Part shown: in pieces, positions 42,540 through 52,897 of the stretch
How positions within the stretch are numbered: position 1 is the stretch's first letter
Layout of the letters: the number at the start of each line of letters is the position of its first letter
Origin: an uncultured Verrucomicrobiae bacterium
GTDB lineage: Bacteria > Verrucomicrobiota > Verrucomicrobiia > Chthoniobacterales > Terrimicrobiaceae
Length of the DNA: 64,000 nucleotides
NCBI GenBank assembly: GCA_963706955.1
Contig: CAVPOC010000008.1
Span: 992,001-1,056,000, forward strand
Reading direction: 5' to 3'
Program-made: the position numbers and the translations under genes
The notes under the pieces: generated by a model
Told to the model about the DNA's origin: nothing
Seen by the model: only the letters and a program-made list of their open reading frames with translations
Databases searched by the model: none

Positions 42540-43997
42540 GTCGACCTTGAAAAATTCTCAGGTGATTCTCTGTAGCGTGAGAAAGAAGTTTTGGATCGAG
42601 GGCGGGCGGAGGAAGCGAAGCCAAAAAATGATGAACAGCCGCATCCATTTGCGGAAGTTCCAAGCGGCTGCGGCTAGCATCAGATTGAGTTGATCGCCTT
42701 GGAACCCTTTAAGGAAGCAGCGCCAGAGCCGGAAATCCTGTTTGAGATGACTCAGCAGGGGTTCAATAGCCGCTCGGCGGCGAAAGCGCTTTCGCATCGC
42801 CGTGCTTGTTGCTCGCGATTGTCCTCTGGGGGCTCTTCCTGGGATCAGGATCTCCGTGCCATCGACAAACTTTCTTCCCCGGTAACCACGATCCACGATG
42901 GCGCGTTTGGCTCGAATGTCGGTCATGGCTTCCGCCTGGTCGAGGATTTCGGGGAGAGCGTGAGCGTCGTAGAGGTTTTTCTCATGGGCCACCGCCGCCA
43001 CGATGACGCCGTGGGTTTTGGTCATGGCCACCGAAGCTTTGGTGCCAAATTCGTATTTCTTGTGCTCCTTGCCTTTGGCTACACAGTAGATGTGCGGCTC
43101 GTGTAAGGAATAAATCTTGTTGGTATCCTGAGGCTTTTGGGCCAGGACCCGACGGTAAAGAGTGAAGTTCTCTCCTTGTTCCTCCCGGAGAGCTTCCGGC
43201 AACTTGCGCTCCAGTTCGCGGATTAAGGCTCCGGCAATAGTACGCAACCTCCGGTGGCCCCGGCGCGCAGCTTTCCGCCTGCGTGGATCCTTGCGCAACC
43301 GCTGCGCCATGATGCACGCCCGAACTTCCTTGCGGTAGCGTCGCCGCAGCCGGATCCCGCTTTTGTCGGAAAGCTTCCAGCACCGCATGATAATCTTCCG
43401 ATACTGTTTGGTGTCCACGGGATAGGTCACGTTTTTCTCCTGGACGGTGCTGTCGACCACCACTTCGCGCTCTTGGACACGCGCCCCGTGCAGCTGCGCC
43501 GAGACGGCCAGGATTAAGGCCACTCCTTGCTCGCCGATCCGCTGCCGGAAGTAGACCAGATCGCTCGGATCACAGGGCCACTCCCATTGAAAATCGCTCA
43601 TCCCGCAAAATTGCTGCCAATAAGGGTTTTCCACCCACCGCTCCACCACCTCCTCGTCGCTCTGGTCATACATCTGCTTGAGCAAGAGCAACCCAACCAT
43701 CAGCCTCACCGGCTTGGCCGGACGACCCTCCTCGCTGTAATACTCCCCGAAAGCTTCTTCAAAATCCGACCACGGAATTCGTTCTCCCAGCTTTTTCAAG
43801 GGATGTCGGGGATCACACTGCTCACTAAGTGTCGGCATCAAAAACGACCTTTGCGTGCTCGGATTTCGCTTCTTTAGCATCTGCGCGTTTCGACCGGGTT
43901 TTGCTGTAAAACCCTCCTTTCTCGGTCGCTATCTTTCCACCTTCGTCACCCATAGACCAGCTTGTTTGCTTGCTCCGTTGACTTTTTCAGGGACGAC
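42540..43997 (-). mobile_element. Complete IS5-family element (1458 bp)
   Basis: IRs GTCGACCTTGAAAAA / GTCGTCCCTGAAAAA; 6-bp TSD TACTTA at 42534-42539 and 43998-44003. Confidence 0.92.
42558..43880 (-). CDS. IS5 family transposase
   Basis: ENPYWQQFCG, VVDSTVQEKN, KGKEHKKYEFG, VDRGYRG, RRRAAIEP. Confidence 0.95.
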   Translation of the reverse strand: MLKKRNPSTQRSFLMPTLSEQCDPRHPLKKLGERIPWSDFEEAFGEYYSEEGRPAKPVRLMVGLLLLKQMYDQSDEEVVERWVENPYWQQFCGMSDFQWEWPCDPSDLVYFRQRIGEQGVALILAVSAQLHGARVQEREVVVDSTVQEKNVTYPVDTKQYRKIIMRCWKLSDKSGIRLRRRYRKEVRACIMAQRLRKDPRRRKAARRGHRRLRTIAGALIRELERKLPEALREEQGENFTLYRRVLAQKPQDTNKIYSLHEPHIYCVAKGKEHKKYEFGTKASVAMTKTHGVIVAAVAHEKNLYDAHALPEILDQAEAMTDIRAKRAIVDRGYRGRKFVDGTEILIPGRAPRGQSRATSTAMRKRFRRRAAIEPLLSHLKQDFRLWRCFLKGFQGDQLNLMLAAAAWNFRKWMRLFIIFWLRFLRPPSIQNFFLTLQRIT

Positions 43998-44323
43998 TAC
44001 TTAATGAATTGGGTCGCATGCTGCCAGACGCGGCAAACCCGGAATCCGGGCTCAGGGAGCTGGAGCGCCAGGAGCTGGGGCTCGGGACGGAGAAGGAACG
44101 ACAGCAAGCGCCGGGCGATCACAAAGCCGAACAAGCGCGCGCCACGCGCCGGCGGGAGCGCAAGACCGAGACGATGCGCGATCTGCGCGCAAAGCAGGGC
44201 TAGCATCCTTGCGGATAATTGTGAAGTTGAGACCGGCTGCGTTGCGAAGGCGCGAAATCATATACTACAATGTGGCAGACCCGTGCGGGGAGCCTGCCGG
44301 TCCCCTCTTCACTTTTCAAGGAC

Positions 44324-44623
44324 CTAGAAGTGAATGATCGGCAGATTGGGATTGTTCTTTTGCTCAATAGCGACGAGCGATCCCAGATCGTTTCCGTAAT
44401 TCTTCCTTAAGTTCTCCGTGGTCTCGTGTGAAACCTCGCAGTTGCCGTTCCGGTAGACCGCATAGGAGAGTAGCTTTGGCTTGCGGGCGTTCGAATAGCG
44501 CACCTGGATTCCGGTGGACGGAAGCGCCATGATCCAGTCTTCTTTGAGTTCCATGCGGGACCTGAACCTCATCCTTGGCTCTTTCGCGTCTCTGAAGCGT
44601 GGTGAATGTGTTGTTCTGTTCAT
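44324..44623 (-). CDS. Hypothetical protein (phage-like context)
   Basis: Clean 99-aa ORF downstream of an AT-rich spacer. Confidence 0.5.
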   Translation of the reverse strand: MNRTTHSPRFRDAKEPRMRFRSRMELKEDWIMALPSTGIQVRYSNARKPKLLSYAVYRNGNCEVSHETTENLRKNYGNDLGSLVAIEQKNNPNLPIIHF

Positions 44624-45035
44624 TCTGGTCCCAGTGTTAAAAAGTTAATCACGTCTAGCAGTATAAGGCCGATACAGTTAATTAACAAATGGCAAGGGGC
44701 GCCCCTCTCCTCTTCGCCCTATCGACCGAGGTGCTCTCCTTTGGTGGCGCGTAGAAAATTTTGTAGTAACTTCAAGCGGGCGAGCGTTTGAATATGCCAA
44801 CTCCCGACGAGATCAGAGAGAGTGAGTTGGGCGACAAAGGAAAGATCCTTGGCTGTTCTCTGCGAAGATCGTCATCCACTGACGTGTGGGCCGCTGACTA
44901 CGGCTGGTTGCTGGTTGCTGGTTTATGAAGCACCGGACTTCCTTGTGAAGAGGGAAGAGTCCGGCGCTTGACATCCCAGCGTAATCCCCCGCTCACCTCC
45001 GATTTTAATGCAGGCGAAGGGATGCTGTTGGAAGA

Positions 45036-45186
45036 CTACTCCAAGCCAGCAATCCAATCCCACAAAGGCCTCAAATCTTGGTGGTCGCGCGCCAATTTTC
45101 GAATATCCTTATCAAGATTGATGGCATGGCGAAGGCGCTCTTTCGCCTCTTCCATGCGTCCCGCGACGCTGGCGTAGCAGGCTAGC
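45036..45186 (-). pseudogene. TPR protein C-terminal remnant
   Basis: Manual translation LACYASVAGRMEEAKERLRHAINLDKDIRKLARDHQDLRPLWDWIAGLE*. Confidence 0.7.
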
Positions 45187-45683
45187 CTTCCTGTTCGCTT
45201 GAAACTTCGTCGGATTCCTCCGGCGGCAGGAGCATCTTAAACACATCTCGCCAAAATTCTATATCTTCGGGCGGCACGGGCGAAATGCGCTTCGTCGTCC
45301 GGCTTCGGCTCGAAATCATCTCGCAAGCTAAGATCACGGATCCGAATATCGGCCCTTTTGCTCGATTCGGGGGAAAAACTTCGCGCCAGGATGCCCGTGG
45401 TGACGCTTTGTTTGGGTGCCGCTAAGCCTGCTCGCTGAGTGTGGCACGCTTCTCGCCCTAAATGTATGACAAATGTATGTACAAATCAGCGTATCGGCGC
45501 ATTAGGGCGCGATTAGGGCGCAAATGTGACTTTGCGTCCGTGCCATACATTTGTATATACTCCGGTCCTCTTATCTCGGCGGACGCATGAATACTAACGA
45601 TCGGCCGGAGAGCTTGCATTTATCGGACTTGGCGGGCACACAAGTAATACGCCTTGCAACGCTATAAAACCGCTAAAATCCGT

Positions 45684-46875
45684 TTTTAAGTCCCTTGCGT
45701 CTGCCATTTCGCCACGCCGGCCTCTGTGGGTTAAACTTCATTCAAAAGCCCGATTCCAAGTCTTGCAATGCTCGCGCGTCAGCCGAGCGCACGCTCTGGT
45801 TATTGAGGCGACGCAGATAGCCGGCGTCAAAAAAGGCCCACATCCCAGTGAACGCGGTGCCAGGCTGCAGGCCACCGACCAACGACCCTTAGCTTTAGCG
45901 GAGGGACAAAGGTGTTTCGCCTACCGGGACTTGCTCAAAATACGGGGGCGCAATAGCCCGTTCCTCGGCTGACGACGTCAACTTCTTGTGCAAACTCGTT
46001 CACCCTCTTTTCTCATCAGTATTTCCCTATTCATCACTCTCTCCACTCTTTCCGCGGACCGAGACAGCCGGCCTGGTTCGCTGCAGCGTCCGGTTAGGCG
46101 GCCCTCATATCCAGAACTGCCACCATTTCTTGTTTAACTTGCGCTGCCGATCGGCTTCCTCGTCAGCCACGATCTCTGCGTGAATAGTGTGAATGTGGTC
46201 GAGATAAGCTGCGCAAGTTGGCACGAGCGAACGATGCTTGCCCGTCTTCATCTCGTAAACCAAAACACCCGAATCAGGCTTGGAGGCGTCCACGAAATAC
46301 ATCTCCTCGCCTCCGTCGCTGCCAATGTAGAATGGTTTGCCGATCTCAGGCGACGAAAACTTCGCGCCGCTCAAATCAATGACTGCATCGAGGCGCTTCG
46401 GGAGCATGACCCTCGTCTGCGAACGAGTCGGGCTCGAACGGGTAGCTGAGAACTGTGGCACGATAAGACGCTGGGAGTGTAAATCCCACGCGTTTCTCGA
46501 TTCCTGGATGTCTTGCTCAGTCACGTGTAAGCGACGCCTAACATTATGTCGATAGACTAAGAGCGACTATATCCGGGAGTCGTCAAGACTAAGCGAGTTG
46601 TATTTGATCGCAGAGCGAAACAGACGCGCGGTTCGCTGCGACAGTCTTTCTAAGTCAAATCAGAATCTATACACCTGCGCTAGCCATCCGTAAGACGCCC
46701 CGGTTCCGTTTTCCTGACCAGGGTCCCAAGTGTCTGTCAACACCGCGGACCGCGGCTGGGCGACACCCTCCAGTTCCTCATTCCCAACTCGCGCCGGCTT
46801 TCGTCTTACATGGCCAGTCTCAGCCGAGGCGAACCCCTTCGATCACTCCCACAACGGAGTCGGTCGAAGCATCCA
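45684..46875. repeat. 1.19-kb direct repeat, copy 2; begins with the exact 38-bp tRNA-Leu 5' half (45684-45721)
   Basis: Matches 41065-42254. Confidence 0.95.
46105..46524 (-). CDS. SMI1/KNR4-like immunity protein, copy 2
   Basis: Identical to copy 1 except one K/E change. Confidence 0.75.
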   Translation of the reverse strand: MTEQDIQESRNAWDLHSQRLIVPQFSATRSSPTRSQTRVMLPKRLDAVIDLSGAKFSSPEIGKPFYIGSDGGEEMYFVDASKPDSGVLVYEMKTGKHRSLVPTCAAYLDHIHTIHAEIVADEEADRQRKLNKKWWQFWI

Positions 46876-47890
46876 TCGCCCAAAAGGCCGACCGGCGGAC
46901 ATCTAGCTCCACCGAGGTTCTGGCTGCGAATGCTCCCTCGATCAGCGCTACTTTGGCTAGATCCTCGGCCGGGGCCTGGTGCAGGGGGATGGCGTAGGTA
47001 GCGCCACCGGTCTCGACGACGAAGATGGGAAAGCCGCGCCGGCGTTGGATGCCAATCCGATCGGGGGCAGCCGAGGGGACCAGCCGGGTTCCGTATGCCT
47101 CGTCGATGACAGTGATCTTGGCGGGGCCTTCCTTGCGGAGCAGGTGGGTGGTTTCGTCTTCCTCAATGCGCCACACCATCCCGGTCGCCAGGACCGTGAT
47201 CGCGGGGTTTACAAAGCTGGGAATCCCGGCCGAGTCGTAGGCGGTTTGAAGTGGGGCGGACCAAGTGACGGCGTCGAGGTCAGCGCTGACGGAGGGATCA
47301 ATGCCGCCGAGGACAGCATAGTCCAGCTCGAGTTCCACCTCCCACCGGTAGAGCAAACGGGTCGGGTCAATAGGGACTGCTTGCCGGGTGAGGTCTCCGC
47401 TTGAGGGCGAGGTGACCCAATGCCAGAGCTCGAAATGAAGGTGGTCCCCGGCGTCATGATGATCAACCGAGGCAATCGGCTCGCCCGTCAACACCCGGTC
47501 GCCGACATTCTTGGGGCCGGGGACGATGTGGATGTACTGGGTGGCGAAGGCAGCGCCGTCGTCGTGGTGGGTGATAGTGAGCTGGGCTGAGCTCTTGTCG
47601 ACGATGATGCCCGCATAGGCGGCAAAGACGCAGTTTCCTTCACCAGATGCCAGATCGAACGCCTCGTGGATGCGGTGCAGGCCCGGTATGCCATCGGGTT
47701 GTATCGAAGCGAAATGATCGCTGGAGCAGGTCGCGGAGGGTGAGCCCTGCAACCGGGCCATACCCCACCGCCCACCGGGGGCGCGGAGCCGCAGCGGGTA
47801 GTCGAGCGGTGGGGACAGCATGAACCCGCTGGTCACAGTCGCTTGGTGAGTCATATCGGCGATTTTGAATAACGCCCCGGAAAGGTTCAA
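46820..47890 (-). CDS. M23 family metallopeptidase with uncharacterised C-terminal region
   Basis: HEAFDL, TQYIH, VGDRVLTGEPIA, DHLHFELW, IDP; start uncertain. Confidence 0.8.
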   Translation of the reverse strand: MNLSGALFKIADMTHQATVTSGFMLSPPLDYPLRLRAPGGRWGMARLQGSPSATCSSDHFASIQPDGIPGLHRIHEAFDLASGEGNCVFAAYAGIIVDKSSAQLTITHHDDGAAFATQYIHIVPGPKNVGDRVLTGEPIASVDHHDAGDHLHFELWHWVTSPSSGDLTRQAVPIDPTRLLYRWEVELELDYAVLGGIDPSVSADLDAVTWSAPLQTAYDSAGIPSFVNPAITVLATGMVWRIEEDETTHLLRKEGPAKITVIDEAYGTRLVPSAAPDRIGIQRRRGFPIFVVETGGATYAIPLHQAPAEDLAKVALIEGAFAARTSVELDVRRSAFWAMDASTDSVVGVIEGVRLG

Positions 47891-48307
47891 TCGAGATTAT
47901 CGACGCTTGGGTTGAAGAGTGGCGAAGAATGAAGCCCTCCAAACCAACGGAGCGCTCAATTATCGCAGACCTCACCGCCCTGCTACCAGGTTGTCGGAGG
48001 ATGGAACGCGCAGGGTTCAGGCCGAGGTCAATCTTGCACTAGCAGGGCGACGGCTGCCAAAGATTACACAGCCTGCGGCTTCGAACCCATGACAGTTCCA
48101 GTGGAAACAAGACTGGGGTCAGGGTGCAAATTCATTCCAGTATGCCCGCGAGCGTTCTGGCGGCCTTTCCTCGTACGTGGCGCTCAGGCAATTGAGCCAC
48201 GCGGCTAGCCATCTGTCAGACGGCACTGTTCCCCTTCCCTTTTTGCGCACACGCTTCTGATTCTGTTCGCTACACAAAGACTTATCCCTGGATTCGGCAC
48301 GACCAAA

Positions 48308-48575
48308 GCTGCCATCGAGGAGACGCTGGAAGATTCTCTGCGCGCAGAACTCGTTGACGAGGCTCACCACGGCATGGCCTTCGGCGTGCTGGCCACTGTC
48401 AATGGGATTGGCGATTTTGTTTCCACTGCCCTGGTCGGCCTGCTTTGATCCGTGACAGGCACGGCAATAGCATCTGGCGATAGCGCCGCGCTTTTCACTG
48501 CGGGCGCAGTGTTGGTAGCTCGGCTTCGCACGGGAGGCGATGCCTTTGGCCGACTGCGTGAAATTCGATTAGTGA
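48308..48575 (+). pseudogene. MFS transporter C-terminal remnant
   Basis: EETLEDSLRAELVDEAHHGMAFGVLATVNGIGDFVSTALVGLL with an internal stop. Confidence 0.65.
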
Positions 48576-48881
48576 AGGCAGACCGAAGATCGTGATTTCG
48601 TCGCCATCTCAAATCGTCAAAGAGTGAACAAGGACCACAGCCACGGAGGGAGATCCGCCGATACCGCTCAATGGAGCGACCAACTCATTCGCCAAGTTCT
48701 CGCGTCTCTACGCCAAAGCGCCCCTGATGACCAATTCGCGCGCCGAGTCTGGATGCGAGTATACGTTCCCCTGTGCCGCCATGGCACCTCAGAGCTGTCA
48801 CTCCGCGCCCATGGAAACGCACACTTCCGATTTCAGACTCCAGGCCAACGCCCTGGAGGGCCAACCACGATTTCCTATCAG

Positions 48882-49244
48882 TCAGGTCAAAGTGCTCTTG
48901 CCGCCTCCGACTTCATGGCGGCTTACCTGTCTTAACTCCCAGTTGATCGAGAAACTGATCACGGTTCGGATCGCGACGATCGCGCCGAGGATTGCGAGGT
49001 CAGCGAGTGTTGGTGTCAGCACCGTGTGGATGATATCGGCCGCGATCAGGAACTCGAGGCCGAGCAGGAGATAGTACCCGAGGTGATGCCTCAGGTCTTC
49101 ACGCTCGACGAGAATATTTCGTCCGCTGAGGCTCGCCCATTCAAGACGCAGGAGGCGCAACACGCCGAGAAGAACGCCCCACAGAATCACAGTCAGGCCG
49201 ATCACACCGATCACCAGACTGATGTGCTCGACAAGCATGTGCAT
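48882..49244 (-). CDS. DUF1622 membrane protein
   Basis: LGYYLLLGLEFLIAADIIHTV..LGAIVAIRTVISF. Confidence 0.88.
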   Translation of the reverse strand: MHMLVEHISLVIGVIGLTVILWGVLLGVLRLLRLEWASLSGRNILVEREDLRHHLGYYLLLGLEFLIAADIIHTVLTPTLADLAILGAIVAIRTVISFSINWELRQVSRHEVGGGKSTLT

Positions 49245-50306
49245 CGTTAATCCGCTTACACGCCAATCGCGTCAGAGGCGATATTTTTCTACCGGAACAC
49301 ACCCCGGCACTTCGCGCCACCCCGAATCGACAAACCGAGGATCCAACCGATCGATATTTGTCGTGTTTGCCAACCAGCCTGGGAATATTGGAAGATCGTA
49401 GCGCCAGTTTAGTGGTAGCAAGGTGGACTTTCGCGGAGGCGGAGGCTCACACTCCCATCGTTACAGCCCGCCTGGAAAGGGGGGGGGGGGGGGGGGAAGG
49501 GAAGGCCAGGATGACTGCAGAAGGCCTGACGCGATTGTAATGCTCGCCATCGAAAAAGGGCTGGGTGACAACGCAAAGATGCAGGCTAGCCTTGGAGACC
49601 AATGTCTAGCTCCGTGTTAATCACAAGGCGCTCAATGACTCCTGTGCAACGCTAAGAATACAAGCATGGCTATCCTCGTATTCTTAGAAACCGTGATAGG
49701 AGGTGCCGCCTTCCTTGGCTCGCTCATGCTTGCTCTATTGAAAAACCTTCACCCCGAACGCACCGGATTGATCAATCGGTGGCATTACTTTTTTTGGCAT
49801 TTTTGGATTCCGAGACTCATTCCCTGGACCTCTGGTAATCCTTATTCTCTTCCTTGCCAGAATTCTCATGCTATGAAGGTTCTTCTCGTTCTGTCGTTCA
49901 CGCCAATTCGATTGCCTTGCCGGCAGGCGATTCTCGCCGCCGAACGCAATCTCACAAGTGCCTCGTATGGCGTCGAGCGCGAATGGAGCGCCGGCTTGAA
50001 TTCCTGTTTTTACCCTGGCTACCGGTCGAAAGAGTAGCTTGCGCATTCAGGCCCTTGCTTTTCTCCAGTTCCCGCGAGATCGCGCCGCTGCGCATAATGA
50101 GCGAGACTTGCGGCAGAACCTAAACGCATATCAGACTACAAAGGTTGAAAGTCCCTTGCGTCTGTGGTGCTACATTTTGTGCGACATCGAAGCCCTGTCT
50201 GGCGACACGTGTCAGTTCTAGCCCCTACAGCCGCAGAGCCTTCATTTATCAGCCTCAACGGACAATTCGCACCACGCAATCGGACGCAAAAAAACCGGTA
50301 AATTTC

Positions 50307-50346
50307 GGATTTTAAATCCCTTGCGTCTGCCATTTCGTCACGCCGG
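50307..50346 (-). repeat. tRNA-Leu 5'-half copy (att-like), 38/40 identity
   Basis: ggattttaaatcccttgcgtctgccatttcgtcacgccgg versus 41062-41101; a further 16-bp copy lies at 50149-50164. Confidence 0.9.
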
Positions 50347-50514
50347 ACTTGCGCTCAGGACCGACGAGGTTATCAATCGTGCACGTGGAGAACCCTGCCC
50401 TTGTTCAAAATGATGTGCAAGGGCGGAATGATTGCGGAAAATCAGCAGCCGCGGCTCTCGCCAGAGCACTAAGCTGCCGGCTGGGACAGCCTCAAAGCGC
50501 GTGTCTCCCCCGCC

Positions 50515-50976
50515 TCAGGGGCGCAGCCGCGCATGAAAGATTGCCTCCGCCGTCAAGGCCTCGAGATCGTAAGAGACGATGCACTCGTCGAGCCGGAGCT
50601 CATCGGCCCACAAGGTGCCGGGTGGAGTTCGATAACCGGCGAATAGACCGTAAGATTTCCCGCGATTGTTGGTCTGCCAGAAGTCGAGCATGTCGATTGA
50701 GTGAGTCGGGTCGCCAATTCTCCTCGGTGGAATGTCCAAGCCTCTTGCGCTGGCCTTCCAGATTTGCAGAGGAATGTTCTTCCGCGCGAAGTCGGCGGCA
50801 TACTCCAACGATTCGAAGACAAAGAACTTTGTTCCCTCGTGGGCTTTGACAAATTCTCCCGGGCGGTAATGCACATAAAAATTCCCTCTGGCGAGGGCGC
50901 TTCCGAGACCCGAGTCCACGACCTTGTAAACGGTGTTCTGGCTGCGAACAGCGTCCGACAACTTAAATCCAATCAT
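50515..50976 (-). CDS. Hypothetical protein, phage-like
   Basis: 153-aa ORF with VYKVV..YRPGEFV..FFVFESLEYA..PPGTLWADELRL; no recognised family. Confidence 0.6.
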   Translation of the reverse strand: MIGFKLSDAVRSQNTVYKVVDSGLGSALARGNFYVHYRPGEFVKAHEGTKFFVFESLEYAADFARKNIPLQIWKASARGLDIPPRRIGDPTHSIDMLDFWQTNNRGKSYGLFAGYRTPPGTLWADELRLDECIVSYDLEALTAEAIFHARLRP

Positions 50977-51419
50977 ATAACGTTGGCCGTTTTTCTTGGT
51001 TCCCCGAGGCTCTCGGATCCACTAACCAAATCGCTTTACTTGTCAGCCGATGCGATCAGATCGACTGTGCATAACGGACGCGTGATTCGCGGAGGGGATC
51101 AAGCCTTCTTTGTCCCATAAGCTAGTGCGAGGAAGAGCGAAGTCCAGTGACTTCGGGCAAGTTCGGGACTGGTCAGTGCAGCAACTGCCACAATCCCGAC
51201 GAGCGCGAATAGCACCGAGAGGTGCAGGGCGCATATTCTTCTAGGCAAATCCCCGTTTGGCAGTTGCCGCCGGACGGGACGCGTGCGCTCCCCAGAAACT
51301 CGAGCCCAGCATTGCTCGGCGTTGGTGGCTGAAGGTCGATGACAAACGTCTCCTCCCCAAGCCCAGCCACCAATAGGAGACGCTCTAAGATATTGACCAA
51401 CTAGATCGCGGCTGGCGAT

Positions 51420-52668
51420 TCAGTCCGAAAGCTTGTTCGAGGACATCAGCCGCCATGAGAGTCCGTTGGTTTCGGCAATGATCTTCTGGAAAGCACATGA
51501 ATCGTTACGAAACGTAGGGTCGGTAAGCACTTCGTCCACCAGACCCGAAAGGCGAGGCGCCGTCAGATCTTCTAATGATGCGACTAGCCCGGTTTTCTTG
51601 TCGGCAATTCGCGCCGCCACACCGGGTTGCTCATTGGTGGACCGGAATGGCGACCCGAGGAACGCCTTAGGCCAGAGCTTCCAAGACCGTGTTCAATCCG
51701 GCATGCGTGATGCAAACCGAAGCGCGCTTCAGAAGCTCTAGTTGCGGAGCCCATTTCACGGTGATCGCGGTCGTTGGAAGAGGTCCGATCTCCTTCGGGT
51801 CCACATGCTCGCCGAGTGAAAGAACGATCTGCACATTCTTGAGCGTGGAGGTGGCGCAATTGTGTGAAAAACGTTGGCCACACGGTTCTGCAGTGTTCCC
51901 ATCGATGCGTAGACGAGAGGTTCTCCAGTCAATCGTTCCCATGGGAATTCGACATCTATGCGGCCATGTCCGTCATGAAATGGTCCGGTGTGACGCAATT
52001 GGGGCGGCCAATGAGAGCTCTCGAAATCGAACTCTTTCGGGATTTGGGTGAGTCAGGCGAGCTTGGAGAGCGTGGCTTCGGGATTTTCCCAGTCGATCTT
52101 GAGTCCAATCCGCTCAGCGTAAGCTCTCGCTCCTCCGTTGGCTTTGTTCACGATGTTGCGAAGATCTGCAACGCCCTTTCGGTTTCTCTGGAAGGCTTGC
52201 GGGCCAGTCTCGTGTGGCCAATCGTAGACAGGAAGTGGTGTGTAACCCGACCAGTCGAAGTGCCGGGCGTTTGATACATGCACATACGGCATCCCGAGAC
52301 TTAGAGGCAGCAACTCAGCATAGAACAGGTCGGTGTCGAGAACCAGAGCATCCACCCCCACCGCACTGAGTGTCTCGGGCCAGGACTGGAACATGCCACT
52401 GGTCATCGCGGCACACGCCTCGATGGAAAGCTGCAGAGCCTCTTCTCCCCGCGCGTCCCGATCCCGCGGACATATTGATCGACCGAGCCGATTGGAAACT
52501 CGCGTTCACAACAGGGAAGGAATGGTAAGCCAGCGGCGCGAACCAAAGGCTCGGTGTCCGGCAAACAGATCAAGACTATTCGCGAGTCCGCGACTGAACC
52601 TTGCGGGCCAGTGCACTCATTGGATTGAGGTGTCCCGGCACCGGAACAGAAACAAATCCAATTTTCAT
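51420..52668 (-). pseudogene. GT1 (MGT/UDP-glycosyltransferase) with multiple frameshifts
   Basis: MKIGFVSVPVPGHLNPM, LVYASMGTLQN, WAPQLELLKRA..ITHAGLNTVLEAL in several frames. Confidence 0.85.
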
Positions 52669-52897
52669 AGCTGCAGTGATCTACGCCGGCGATCTTGTGG
52701 TTGGGCCGGTTGCACTGTCAAGTGCCGCCAACGTTGTCCGAATAGCGTCCAGGACCGTTCACGCTGTCGCATTCGTCAACTTCTACTTTGCGATAACCGT
52801 CCGCAGCGTCGATATAACTGTCCGAGTGGGCACCCTGTGGTTGGGATTGAGGCCGATCAACTAAGTGACTACTATTCGTGTTAAGAATCTTGAGCTC

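Larger units (their letters stand above)
42255..44203 (+). pseudogene. Terminase small subunit (Nu1-like) remnant interrupted by IS5
   Basis: EYLETRNAKLRAQTFMAETQAARARGELIP..; removing the IS restores the frame EEAHSLL|NELGRMLPD..KQG*. Confidence 0.65.

Noticed and set aside
50136..50333. ORF starting MADARDLKS (similar text in 40915-41121)
   Set aside because: Translation of tRNA-Leu sequence, not a protein
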